NCBI RefSeq assembly: GCF_009914755.1
Contig: NC_060936.1
DNA: 64,000 bases
Reading direction: 5' to 3' (one strand)
From: the human T2T-CHM13v2.0 reference genome, Homo sapiens
Below are positions 49,791 through 64,000 of the stretch, piece after piece (position 1 is the stretch's first letter; every line of letters starts with the position of its first letter). Below the pieces are notes generated by a model. It saw only the letters and a program-made list of their open reading frames with translations, was not told the origin of the DNA and ran no database searches. Position numbers and translations under genes: made by a program.

Positions 49791-50855
49791 AGGCGGCTTT
49801 AGACTGGATGCCAGGGAAGCAAGCCCCTTTGAGGAGCTGGTATTTGACAGGCAGATCTCAAACATTCAATAATCTAATGGATGCCTCAGTTTGTTCCAAT
49901 TAACACTCAATCCAAATGTTCCTACTTCATGCAGTTTCATGGCTTTGATTTAATATTTCCAAATATTTGAAATTTTCTCCTTTTGGCAAGGTTTCTTTGT
50001 GAACATTTCTATATTAATTTGATGTTTGAAAGGCAGATTGGTAAGACTTATATTTATATGAAATAATTCTCTATTCCCCCTTTTCTTCTCAAAATGGTTT
50101 TATTAGCTGCATCAATAAACTGGCTGTATTAGACCATTCTTGCAGTGGCCTTGAAAACATGTTTCTTCCTGGTGTATGAGACTTTGGTTTGCATGTGTAT
50201 GGTTTCCTTGCCTGGTGGGGACAGTAGGCATTCAAAGAAAGGCATATTATTTTCCCTCTTGCCCACCCCAATACAGGTGGGAAAGAATCTGTCTCTACCC
50301 TACCCTAATCCATCAGGCCACCATACATCTCTAGTGTGTGCAAGCAGCCAAGGAACCTCAGAGTCCGGAGCCTACAGTGAGAATGCCTGGGAAATTTGCA
50401 ACTTATGAGTGTGTGTTTCTTTTTTGCTCAGGACAATGCGCAATGTGTGTATTACAGTCATCCAGGAAGTCTTTTCAAACTATACCTCTTCCATCATCAC
50501 TAAATGTGTATCAGGATGGGGAGGGTGATATGGGGAGAAAAGGTGAACTTCGGGGGTTCCACACTGTCTTACCCTTCTTAATACAATGACTGCATGGAAG
50601 TAGTGAGCCAAATCTGAATGGTAATTTATGAATTGACAGTGATGAATTACTTATCTTGTATTCAAAAAGTAACTATTGAACCAGAATGCTATACTCAGCA
50701 GTAGGGACTAGAAAGATAAATAAAATATGATTTCTACCTTCAAGGGGCTCAGAATTTAGTTGGCAGGAGAGATTTGAAAATGGATAAATTCTTAGAAGTG
50801 AGATAAGGCCAAATATAAATGTTAGGAATAAATGGAATGTTAAGTTCCATTCAGT

Positions 50856-51609
50856 TGAGGACTAAGCTCTGATTTTTTATCTTGCCCAAATTCCTACCTG
50901 AGGGATCTAGGGAGTCATGTTCTACAAAACATAAATTCTCATCAGATGGGTTTTATTTGACCCTATATAACATGACTTACTTTTCAATCTGACTGTGGCA
51001 TAACATTACACGACAAGGAAAAAATATTTAACCCCAAAATATATTTCCTTGCCATACCTCAAAATTGCCCTGCAAAGTCTCTTGTGGGAAAAATCCACAT
51101 CCTATTGAGAATTCCTTTTCCCCTTTGTTTTCTTTCCTTTCTTTCCAGATCCAGGAGATAGTCAGCTAAGAATCAGGCACCCTTTTAGGTCTGACAAGAA
51201 GCATTTTACAACCTGCTCTCTCTCTGAAGTCTGCTATCTGAGAGATTCCTCTGCACAATAAAACTTGGTCTCCACAATCCTTTATCTTAACCTGAACATT
51301 CCTTTCCATTGATCCCAGGACTTCAGATAAATTCAACCAATTGTCAACCAGAAAATGTTTAAATTTACCTATAGCTGGAAGCCCCCCCTTTGAGTTGTCC
51401 CACCTTTGTGAACCAAACCAATATATTTCTTAAATGTATTTGATTGATGTCTCATGCCTCCCTAAAATATATTAAACCAAGCTGTACCCCGGCCACCTTA
51501 GGCACATGTTCTCAGGACATCCTGAGGGCTGTCATGGGCCATGGTCACTCACATTTGGCTCAGAATAAATCTCTTAAAATATTTTAGAGTTTGACTCTTT
51601 TCATTGACA
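50856..51609 (+). mobile_element. MER4E-like ERV1 5' LTR
   Basis: TG...CA ends: tgaggactaagctctgattttttatcttgccc ... cagaataaatctc...gactcttttcattgaca. Confidence 0.88.
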
Positions 51610-51615
51610 ATAATC

Positions 51616-51633
51616 TGGCGCCCAATGTGGGGC
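51616..51633 (+). promoter_or_regulatory. Retroviral primer-binding site complementary to tRNA-Lys(CUU)
   Basis: tggcgcccaatgtggggc vs canonical Lys1,2 PBS TGGCGCCCAACGTGGGGC (one CpG transition), 6 nt downstream of the LTR. Confidence 0.85.
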
Positions 51634-52839
51634 CTTAGAGAAGACTCAGGACCCCCGAAGGAGTTGCATGAAACCAGAGCTAAGGTACCAGCAGGGGTCC
51701 ATTGAAGCCACACTGAGTTTGAGCTTCTCCTCCAGTGGAACTGGTAAGTCCTCCTGAGCCCCAGACCTCCCTTTGATTGACCGTCCTTGATTTATTTGGA
51801 GCTGGTTTTCTCCCAGGAAGTTTTGTTTAAGCATCCTAATTCTAGTTCAGAGATATATTATAAAGGGAATTCTCTCTTGCTTTTTCTCCTTAAATTTATC
51901 CTGATTTGGTTTGTCTGTGTGCATTTGCATGAGGAACTGAACTGTTGTTTTCATAGATAAATGAGAGACTGAGTTTTTCAGCTCCAAAGAGAAAGGGCAT
52001 TTGCTTCTCCCAGCCAAAAGGCACCTGTGGGTGACCAGTGGCCTTGTGGGAGTGTCTGGGGGGGTTGACCGCCTGTGATGTGCAGTGGCCCTGAGGGGAA
52101 ATCTCCAATAAAAATTAATTTAAAAAATGGTTCATCCAGGAATCACATATAAGGGCTGATCGCCCAGCATTTTGAGCCCTCTCAGAAGTCATAGAACCCT
52201 GGAGAGATAAACTGAGACACGTAAGAGGGTGGAAATGACTCAGTGGTTACACACTGTGGAGTCCTGCCCACAAGCAGCACGCATTGATCCACCACACAAA
52301 AACCCTAGGCTACAGCTCAGTTCCTCCTTTTAAGAAAAAAGAAAAAAAAAGCTGGAAACAAATCTAAGGAGAATGACCCCCTTTCAGACAGTCTGCAGGT
52401 TTTATAGCACCTGTACGTGCCAGAGTTTATATAAAATGGAAGTAAGATGGTCTTTATGCATGTTTACATTAAGGAAAAAGAGTCCTAAGGTCATCCTGCA
52501 CACTATAGAGTACCTAGGTTCTATTTTCTTTTCTGCCTGCTTTAATCTGCTCTTACTTTTCTACTGAGATAAAAACCACTGTTTGGATCTAACAGTGTTT
52601 TTTGCAAGCTGGCAAAAGTTGTATTTATTGCATGGCTAAAGTACTGAAGTAGTAGCTATGGAAATTTTGTGCATGTATGTGTGTTTGTATATGCGTGTGT
52701 ATATATTTAAAGGCCTTTAAAATAGACCTCTATAATTTTATGTTCAATTGGCAATTTAATCCATTTTAATTTCCCTCTAGCACACCAGACTTTCTCTTTG
52801 TACTTTATGATGTAAATTAGCTATCTGATTTTCACCTGA

Positions 52840-53163
<324 letters not shown>

Positions 53164-53369
53164 TAATATGCAAATTTAAGGCTATTTAGGTGACAACTGT
53201 CTGGGTAAGATAAAAATAAAATGAAAAAAGAGGTCTTTATAAGTCTATACAATGTACTTCTATTGACATGCCTAGTACATCTATATATTTATGTGTGTGT
53301 GCACAATATTTTCACTGCAAAAAATATACAAAGAGCTCTAATTAATCGGCTTTTTAAAAAAGCACTTAG

Positions 53370-53688
<319 letters not shown>

Positions 53689-53731
53689 ACGAGCTTAAAT
53701 CAGATACAAAAAAAAAAAAAAAAAAAAAGGT

Positions 53732-54077
<346 letters not shown>

Positions 54078-54752
54078 TTACTAAATAAGCTGGCTTTAAA
54101 ATTATTGGTAAAATAATATCAGCAATGTCTTTAGAATTATTAGCATTTTTGTTTGCATTTATTGATTAAGTAGTTTCATGTTTATTCCTGCAGAATACTA
54201 TAAGATTTGCCATAAGGTTTATAAACTATAAAACCCAGCCCAAGACAGAATGATCTTTGCCTGTATATGCTTATGAAATATTGCTGGCTTAAATGAAAAC
54301 AGTTAAATACTAAGTTATTGGTATAAATACCCTTAAAACTAACCATAAGTTTTATTACTTAAGTAAATGCCTGAAATTCACAGCTATAAAAATGGTTAAT
54401 AGCAATATAACTTTAAATATTGGCTATCACAGTTTTTCAAAAATAATCTAGGTAAACTACTAAATTAATCACGTAAATGTAATGGAATAAATGCTTGTAA
54501 ACAAATTCATCATAATTTAGGATCTAAGGTTATTAATTGATATTATCTGGACAATTTCCAATTTAAAAATTACCCGAAAACATTTTTTTAAATGTTCTTA
54601 TTAAAAGTAAAATATCTTTGTCTAATTCAAGGCTTATTTAAGGGTTATGCATAAAACAAAGTAAAGGAATCAGGAAATAAGAGATGTAAAGAAAGTAGGA
54701 GATATAAAGAGGCATTTTTGGTAAAAAGAGGTAAAAAAGGAAAGTAATTTTA

Positions 54753-55352
<600 letters not shown>

Positions 55353-55524
55353 TTAAAGGGGTTGTAGAATTCAATTGGCTATGATTAAAAAGAAATTATA
55401 ATAGTCTTTTCAGAGATGGGTCTTTAATATTAAAAATACACTAATACAAAACTAAAAAAATAGTTAAAGCAAGATTTTTATTACAAATATTTAACCTATT
55501 TTAACGCAAAATTTTTAAATTTGA

Positions 55525-55866
<342 letters not shown>

Positions 55867-57633
55867 GATTGCTACCTTAAAAGTGCAACTCTTTATTTTT
55901 TGAAAAGGCCTTGAATCATGGCTCTCTCCTTCACCTTTTGTTGGTTCCTGTAACTTTTACTAATTACCTAAAGGAAGAAAAATTCTTTTTGAAAACAGGC
56001 AAATAAAGTATCTTTTGAACATGCTTTTTATTCTGCATGCCTGTTATATCTCTATATTTGTCATGTGGAAGTGATATTTCACTTCCAAACTACATGAAAG
56101 AGCTCTAATCAGGTGACTTAAAATATGTAAGTACTTGTCACATTGGTAAAAGCTAGCTCAGATGCCTTTTAATTTGCAAAACCTTGGTAATCCTTGGGAA
56201 AAAATTAATTTGGTAAATTTAATTTCAAAATTCTCCAGGAATTTAAAAACCTTAAAGTCACATTTAAACCTTCGGGTTCCCCCAAACACACACACTGGAA
56301 ATTTGGGTTACTAAAAAGTTAAAATAGTAGAAGCAAAAATACGCTTTTGTTAAAATTTTATAAACACAAGGATGTCAATTCTCAAAAAAAATGTAAGTTT
56401 CTTTTTGGTGAAGGAACTATTTAAGAGTTGCTTTATTATGAAGGGTATTATACAGATAAAACTAAATAAGTTTTTTTAAAACACAAGTCAAAGCAACAAA
56501 ACTCTGAGCCCTATGGTTACCAAGAAAATAGTCGGTAAGTAGGAAGAGCAAAACCAAGTAACTATTTAAAACCAAAGGGCGTGATGTAAAGGAATTGTTC
56601 TATTTTGTAGGGTGGTGTCATTCAGCTTCTTTTAAAAATCTTAACTATAGTGGATTGAAAAATAACCACTTTAAGGACAAAATTCTTAATTTTAAATGCA
56701 GCAGCATTTAAGAGCTTGTTTGGATTAATGCAGGACCCACAGCTCATTACTGAACAGTCACTGAGTATATGTGATCCAAATGCACAGGGGGTTATTCCTG
56801 AGAAAGTAATCAGCCTAGTAGGCCAGATAATGCCATTGTAAGGTCTGTTTGCCCTGAGAAGGGGACTGCCCCACTCTCTGTTCTAACATATGAATTACTC
56901 TGATAACTGTCAAACTATAAATGTTATTTCTCTCTCCTTGTTTTACCTCCAAGGAAACCAAAATCATGGTATTCTGAAGACCAGAGATATGAATCTATCT
57001 CATTTGGCATCTCACTGGCCCTGGATCTGCTTCACGGCCAATGCTTTGCTGCCAAAACTATACAAACTACCTCTCTCTAGGCCCAGGGACTATTGCAGAA
57101 GAGGTGGGTGCGTAAGATTGTAAGGGCTGGTTTTGAGGGATAAAATTAGGACAAGATCAAACCCTCCAAATCAAGAAGAGGGTACAAAAAAATGCCTAAA
57201 CAGCTGGTAAAACAAGTCTAGTTGCCCTTTAAATTATTATGTGACACTTTTACATACACCCCAACCACAGACATTTTCTGCTTACTATAAAATTAAAGGA
57301 AAATATTGGCTAACAGGTTAAAATACCTTGTAACAAAGCCTCCTGGGTATAATACTCCCAATTATAAGTTGTGAAGATAAATATATCTATATATATAGAT
57401 AGATAGTTTTAATTATTTTTCAGAAAAATGCTTATGTTTTGTGTAGCTAGTTGCTACAAGTCTGTAACAGAAGCCAAGTTTACAGTAGCTCAACACATAA
57501 AAGTTAAAAATAAGTCAGTCTTGTAACTTTGCCTTTTGGTTTTATTGTCGGCTTTTTTTTTACTTAAAATAATAATTTTAAGAAGTAACGAATGCCTGTC
57601 CACATCTATTCCTATGTGGCCTAGAACAATTAA

Positions 57634-57951
<318 letters not shown>

Positions 57952-58565
57952 TGACTCTTAAGGCCCTCAACCATAGGAAGTCCTGCCAAGGAAAAAAATG
58001 ACACTGTAGAATTATGACTTCTCTTATGACAGAACCTTTTATCTCCCAAATACCAGTATATGGTACAATACAAAAGTGGTGGGAAAAATAGATTTGTCTA
58101 CTGTTAACAAGTCTATAACAATTTAGACACCAAGGACCAGGTGTTTCTTGCACTTAATTTATACCCTCCTCAGGATGCTATACCTATGGAGATAAATTGT
58201 CTGGAAGAGAGATTAAATTTATTAAATTCTAATTTAATGTTGGTCCCATAATTTTTAAATAAGATTTATCACAGGGTTCAAACAACCCTTAAGGAGGGTA
58301 AACACACTGTGAGTCTGATCAAAGAATATGATGATGATTGCAGGATTTTTTTTTTCTGGCTGATTGGGTTGTTTACTGCCCTCTCATTCTACCTGTAATC
58401 TTGGATGCCCAAATCTTCACTATCTTTATGATATTTGCTACTATATTAACATTAGACATTCCTTGTAAATGTTATGCCAGATACAGCAGAAGGAAAAGGC
58501 ACAATTAAAGACCCAGATCATGATAGCTCAGAAAATAGACCTGATCCAGGATTTTTATTTTTAGA

Positions 58566-58610
58566 CAACAAGAGCAAAACTCCGTCTCAAAAATAAATAA
58601 ATAAATAACA
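58566..58610 (+). mobile_element. Alu 3' terminal fragment
   Basis: caacaagagcaaaactccgtctc followed by (AAAT)n. Confidence 0.8.
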
Positions 58611-58989
58611 GAAACCACTCATTGTAGACCCATCTTCTCCACCACAACTGAATTACCATCCTTGCCAAATTTCATTCGTGGCCCTTGACATATGACATAT
58701 GAACAGACACAAAAGAAACCTCATATAAATTTTATAGGAGGAAAGTTAGACTTGTAGATTTTAGCGTTGCTAGAGCCTTTAGAAATCATCCTTTTACAAC
58801 CCACTCTTTCTACTAATAACACAACTAAAGCCAAGTTTAAGTAACTTGCTTAAGGTCACACAGCTGCTTGGTGGCAGAAGCAGAAAGCTCTCATTCTCCC
58901 GATCTCTCTAGTGCTGTATTGCAGGTGTCATCTGCGAATTTGCTGCAGATGGTTTTGTAGAAAGAAGTAAATATTTAAAAAAATTCCTC

Positions 58990-59273
58990 GGCCAGGCGCG
59001 GTGGCTTACGCCTATAATCCCAGCACTTTGGGAGGCTGAGGCAGGCAGATCATGAGGTCAGGAAGTCGAGACCATCCTGGCCAACATGGTGAAACCCCGT
59101 CTCTACTAAAAATACAAAAATTAGCTGGGCGTGGTGGCACATGTCTGTAATCCCAACTACTCGGGAGGCTGAGGCAGGAGAATCACTTGAACCAGGGAGT
59201 CAGAGGTTGCAGTGAGCCAAGATTGTGCCACTGCACTCTAGCCTGGTGACAGAGCAAAAAATAAAAATAAAAA
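58990..59273 (+). mobile_element. AluSc-like
   Basis: Dimer; TSD aaaaattc(c/t)tc. Confidence 0.93.
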
Positions 59274-59449
59274 TTCTTCTCAGCTCACCCATATAGTAAG
59301 ATCTAGACAAGCCTTGTACAAAAGACTGTTCAAAAGGAAAAAAAGTGACAGGCTAAGAGAGGTGTATTAGGAAGTATTTGGTACCATGACCTGTCCCCCA
59401 ACACACTGCATGACCCTTGGCTGCAAGGAGCATACCCTCACAGGCTGGG

Positions 59450-59825
59450 TGATACGGTTTGGCTATGTCCCCACCCAAATCTTATCATGAATTATAACCC
59501 CATAATTCCCTCATGTGGAAGGAAGGACCAGGTGGGAGCAGACTGGATCACGGGGACAGTTTTCCCCCATGCTGTTCTCATGATAGTGAGTGAGTTCTCA
59601 CAAGGTCTGATGGTTTTATGAGTGTTTGACAGTTCCTCCTTCACATGCTGGCACTCTCTCCTGCTGCCTTGTGAAGAAGGTGCTTGCTTCCCCTTCTGCC
59701 ATGATTGCAAGTTTCCTGAGGCCTCCCCAGTCATGTGGAATTGTGAGTCAATTAAACCTTCTTTGTTTATAAATTACCCAGTCTCAAGTAATATCTTTAT
59801 AGCAGTGTGAAAACAAATGAATACA
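59450..59825 (+). mobile_element. THE1D-like MaLR solo LTR
   Basis: tgatacggtttggct...ctgaggcctccccag...aaattacccagtctc...aataca; perfect TSD ctggg. Confidence 0.93.
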
Positions 59826-60052
59826 CTGGGTATTTTTCCTCCGGATGGATGTGCCATTAGTGACCCTCTTTGGCCATGCATGGTCTGATACTGAGCCCTT
59901 GTTAATGATTGCTTTTTCTATGAGAGAAGTAATAAAGGGTCAACTAAAGGGTCAAGTCAGAACTTGGTAGATCTCACTGTAAAAAAAAAAAAAAAGCAAA
60001 GCCACCTCCAACTGGGGACAGTCCTCATTTAGGGCCCAAGACATCAACACAC

Positions 60053-60520
60053 TGCGAAAGGAAAATATCTTGGGCCCCCAACATCGCTATGGAAAACTCA
60101 AACTGGAAGCTACTTAGGGCAAACCTGCCTCCCATTCTATTCAAAGTCACTCCTCTGCTCACTGAGATAGATGCACATCTGATTTGCCCCCTTTGGAAAG
60201 GCGAATTAGAAACTCGGTTACAAAGAATATAACTGCTTGTATATCACCTATCTGTGACCTGGAAGCTCCCTCCCCTGCTTCTAATCATCCCGCTTTTGCT
60301 TCAAATCATCCCACCTTTCCAGACCGAACCAATGTGCTTCTTACATATATTGATTGATGTCTCATGTCTCCCTAAAATGTATAAAACCAAGCTGTGCCCT
60401 GACCACCTTGGCCACATGTCATCAGGACCTCCTGAAGCTGTGTCATGGGCTCATTCTCAACCTTGGCAAAATAAACTTTCTAAATTAATTGAGACATGTC
60501 CCAGATTTTCTGGGCTCACA
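60053..60520 (+). mobile_element. MER4A1-like ERV1 solo LTR
   Basis: tgcgaaaggaaaatatcttgggcccc...ggcaaaataaactttctaaatt...gggctcaca; 4-bp TSD acac. Confidence 0.9.
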
Positions 60521-61244
60521 ACACACACTCCTGCCCAGAGAGCAGGACTGGATTCTAATTCCCCTCCTCTAATTGATATTGGCTCTGTAGTCTCTGTGGC
60601 CAGGTCTCACTCACCAATGCCAAAGTATGCCCAATACATCTTTCATTCCAAACTAAACATAAAGTATCAGTTTTACTTCTCCTTCTCCTCGAGGTAACAT
60701 AATCATAAACTATTCTCTGTGAAATATTCCACAGGCTGACATCTGCTTTCTTTTCCTTATCTCCCAAAAGGAGGTGATCGTAAACATAGCTTCAAGAAAT
60801 TTCTCATACAGCTGTTTCCATTACAGCACTACTTCTCTAGTTTCAGTCCTGAGGATGTTTGCTAGTGTCTATTTATATTCATGTTACCTAAGAAATAAAT
60901 TTAAAAACAAATAAACATTATGTGATGGCAAAGTTCTAGGCATGATGTAAATCTCACCAAATTAATCCTGTTCACTAAGACTATCCCAAAATGGCTTCAG
61001 TCTTGTCCATTCTTTTTACATTATAGAGTTGTCTCGTAACAGCCACTAACTTTAAAGGATTTGCGTTCACTTTTTCCGAGGCCCCTTGCTGAAAACAGTA
61101 ATAATTGTCTGCATTTTCTCAACAAAGCAGGTCTTTCTAAGGAAATTCTCTTTCAAAATCCAGACAAAGGAAATCCCTTCTACTTATGAAAGGGATTTGT
61201 GATTCTGGAACAGTGCCTGATAGTTCCAGAAAGTGTAACTCTAA

Positions 61245-61594
<350 letters not shown>

Positions 61595-61694
61595 TCAAAC
61601 TGCCAGGAAATGCTAATAATTTGAACTGCCCAGTGTGCAATGCGTCTGTGTCACAGCATGTGACTGCAATGTTGCCTGTGGGGCAGGTTCATAA

Positions 61695-61915
61695 AGTCAT
61701 GGTGAAGACACTCATTCTGGATTCACACTGATCTGGAATCCCAATCCAGGTCCACCAATTATGGTCTCTGTGAGCAAGTTACTTTTTTCCCAAAGACAAA
61801 ATAAAATTAATTATATTACTTTCTTCATAGAGTCACGGTTAGGATTAACTGAGATAATTCACATTAAATCCCCAGCCCTGGCCTTGGCAAATAACAAGTG
61901 TGCAATAAATGTCAA
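61695..61915 (+). mobile_element. MIR
   Basis: gaatcccaatcc...gagcaagttactt...aggattaactgagataat. Confidence 0.7.
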
Positions 61916-62339
61916 TTAATAAGTAAATGAGTTGACCTGGCAGCAGACATGGTGGTAAAGCAGGCTGGTGAGCCACACTTGGAGATGAACGAAAGTAATC
62001 CCTGTGCCATAGGAAACCAAGCCAGAATTCATGTTGCAGGTACGTAAAATGGCAGGGCATGCCCCACTTATCCAGTACATCCAAAAATGTTCCTGGCTAA
62101 TTTTAAGAGTTACTCAATCAATGACAGACTTTAAGGATAATTGAATGTTCTTTGTTTCTCTTGGCAAAATCACAATTTGCAGAATTCTATTTGGCAAGAG
62201 ACATAGTCCAAAGTTCTTTTCTTTTTTTAAGGAAAATTATTTCAATCACAAGAAGTAGATTGCATGGGACAACCTGTGAGAGTCCTTTCAGGTCAAAACA
62301 TTCTACATCTCTAACAGCATTGTGCACTGGCATGGAACA

Positions 62340-62575
62340 CATGGTAGAAGGAACGTTCCTGGGCTGTGGGGTTGGACAGACCCGAGCCTGGCCTCCTCCT
62401 CTGCATGCAGCTTGATCAAGGTCTATCCTTTCTCTGAGTCTCTCTCATCTGCATAAATGGGGAGAGTAATACCTACCTTAGAGGATTGTTGTGAGAATTA
62501 AATGAGAGTATTACATATAAAAGTGCCTGGGATAGTTCTAGGCACATGGTAGATAATGAATAAATGGGAATATTT
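62340..62575 (+). mobile_element. MIR
   Basis: tctcatctgcataaatggggagagtaatacctaccttagaggattgttgtgagaattaaatgaga. Confidence 0.85.
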
Positions 62576-62859
62576 CTACCTTGCTCTCCAAAGTCACTCA
62601 GCAGAGTTACCTGAGACTACGAACCTCCCAGGAGAGCTGTTTACTTAGGTAATTACAGCTGCGGGTGAGACTTTGCCATTTGAGTGTGTTCCCTGTGGGA
62701 CATATCACTTAAATAGCCCGTTGAGACTTTTTTTTTTTTTAAGAGGAAACGGGTTGAAGAGGGTAAGTCAGTGGTGGAAACTTACGGGTTGGAATGTAGG
62801 CACTGGTTAGCTGGCTGCTTTGAGGACATCAGGCTACCCTATATTCCTCCATCCACCCG

Positions 62860-63060
62860 CCCATTCAATAAATTTTTATTGAACACAAATTCTGTGTTAG
62901 CATCAGGCTTGAGGCTAGGGATACAACAGTGAAGAATAAACAGTCCCTGCCCTTAAGAGTTCACAGTCCACTGGGAGAAACAGACAAGAACACAAGCAAT
63001 TAAGATATAGCCCATTGTGGTCAACGCCAAGGGAGGGGAAGTATAGAATGCCATGGACAT
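62860..63060 (-). mobile_element. L2 3' end
   Basis: cattcaataaatttttattgaacac...cagtccctgcccttaagagttcacagtc. Confidence 0.75.
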
Positions 63061-63211
63061 GATGAGAACAAGACATGTGCTTTAACTTGTACTATTTTCA
63101 ATGTACTCAGTGAGGGGTAAGGAAAAACAGATGTTTAAACTATTTTTTTAAAGACTGATATATTAAACACTGGTACATCCATTACAACACTTAAAAAATA
63201 AAACACTACAA

Positions 63212-63525
63212 GGCTGGACACAGTGGCTCACCACTATAATCCCAAGCACTTTGGGAGGCCAAGTGAGGAGGATCACTTGAGGCCAAGAGTTCAAGACCAG
63301 CCTGGGCAACACAGGGAGAATTTATCTCTATTTAAAATTTAAAATTTTACAAATCAAGTCATAAACATTAGCTGGGCATGGTGGTGTGTGCCTGTGTTCC
63401 CAGCTACTTGGGAGGCTGAGGTGGGAGGATTATTTAAGCCCAGGAGTTTGAAGTTGCAGTGAGCTATGATGGTGCCACTGCCCTCCAGCCTGGGTGACAG
63501 AATGACACCGTTATCTCCAAAAAAA
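63212..63525 (+). mobile_element. AluJ
   Basis: Diverged dimer with an expanded middle A-rich linker. Confidence 0.92.
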
Positions 63526-64000
63526 GAGTGTTATTTGCTTTGGTAGACCTGGAGCAGATTTTCATATCCAGTTATGTAAGCAGTTGGGTTTCCAGTGATG
63601 TTTTAATGCAGTCATTGGTGGACACACTCTGGGAAGCTCTGGCTATGAGAGCACATAAAGTCCGCCCCCTGCTCCGGACATGAGGTTTAAAAATCTTTCC
63701 ACACCACTGGATGGAAATGTGGATGATTGGTAGAAATTACCCAACTAACGGTTAGAGGTGGAAAGGAGTGACGGCACTATTTCAGGCATAATAAGAAGTA
63801 TCAGAAGTGAGAAAAAACATGGAATATTTGAGATACTAAATGGCACTTATTTAAATGACATCAATTGCTGGGGCATAGAATTGAAGTGGGAAGTGTCGAC
63901 ATACAAGCCAGAGGAGACAAATATAGGAGAAACTCTGTCAGAGACTGTCCCACACTACAGAATACATTTATGGAAAATAATTAGAGCATGCACAAGTGTG

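Noticed and set aside
60053-60520. Candidate 3' LTR of the 50856 provirus
   Set aside because: Different MER4 subfamily and its own 4-bp TSD, so an independent solo LTR.
60254-60697. 147-aa ORF with a signal-peptide-like start
   Set aside because: Lies mostly in the MER4A1 LTR; GTG start; no family similarity recognised.

Overview
Primate (human-like) euchromatic DNA, intergenic or intronic. I can support no protein-coding gene, tRNA/rRNA gene, CpG island or CRISPR array. The ORF track is largely explained by Alu, L1, LTR and simple-repeat frames. About 47 Alu copies or fragments sit among old L1M/L2/MIR remnants, MaLR/ERVL/ERV1 solo LTRs (MLT1, MSTA, THE1D, MLT2A1, MLT2D, LTR9, MER4A1), hAT/Tigger MITEs, a full-length but dead Hsmar2 mariner (12343-13642), and a ~7.7 kb non-autonomous MER4E-LTR provirus lacking its 3' LTR (50856-58565). 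Subfamily names come from my recall of consensus sequences, not from a RepeatMasker run. I did not find a convincing new biological system. The most unusual structures are: (i) a local fold-back inverted plus direct duplication (7906-8312 vs 9240-9630); (ii) a probable retrocopy of a spliced non-coding transcript inserted into an L1MA (24980-26760); (iii) a mosaic ERV with a class I LTR, a tRNA-Lys PBS and a class III-like gag remnant; (iv) one target site reused by L1 and Alu; (v) a 24-nt micro-retroinsertion with a 13-bp TSD.
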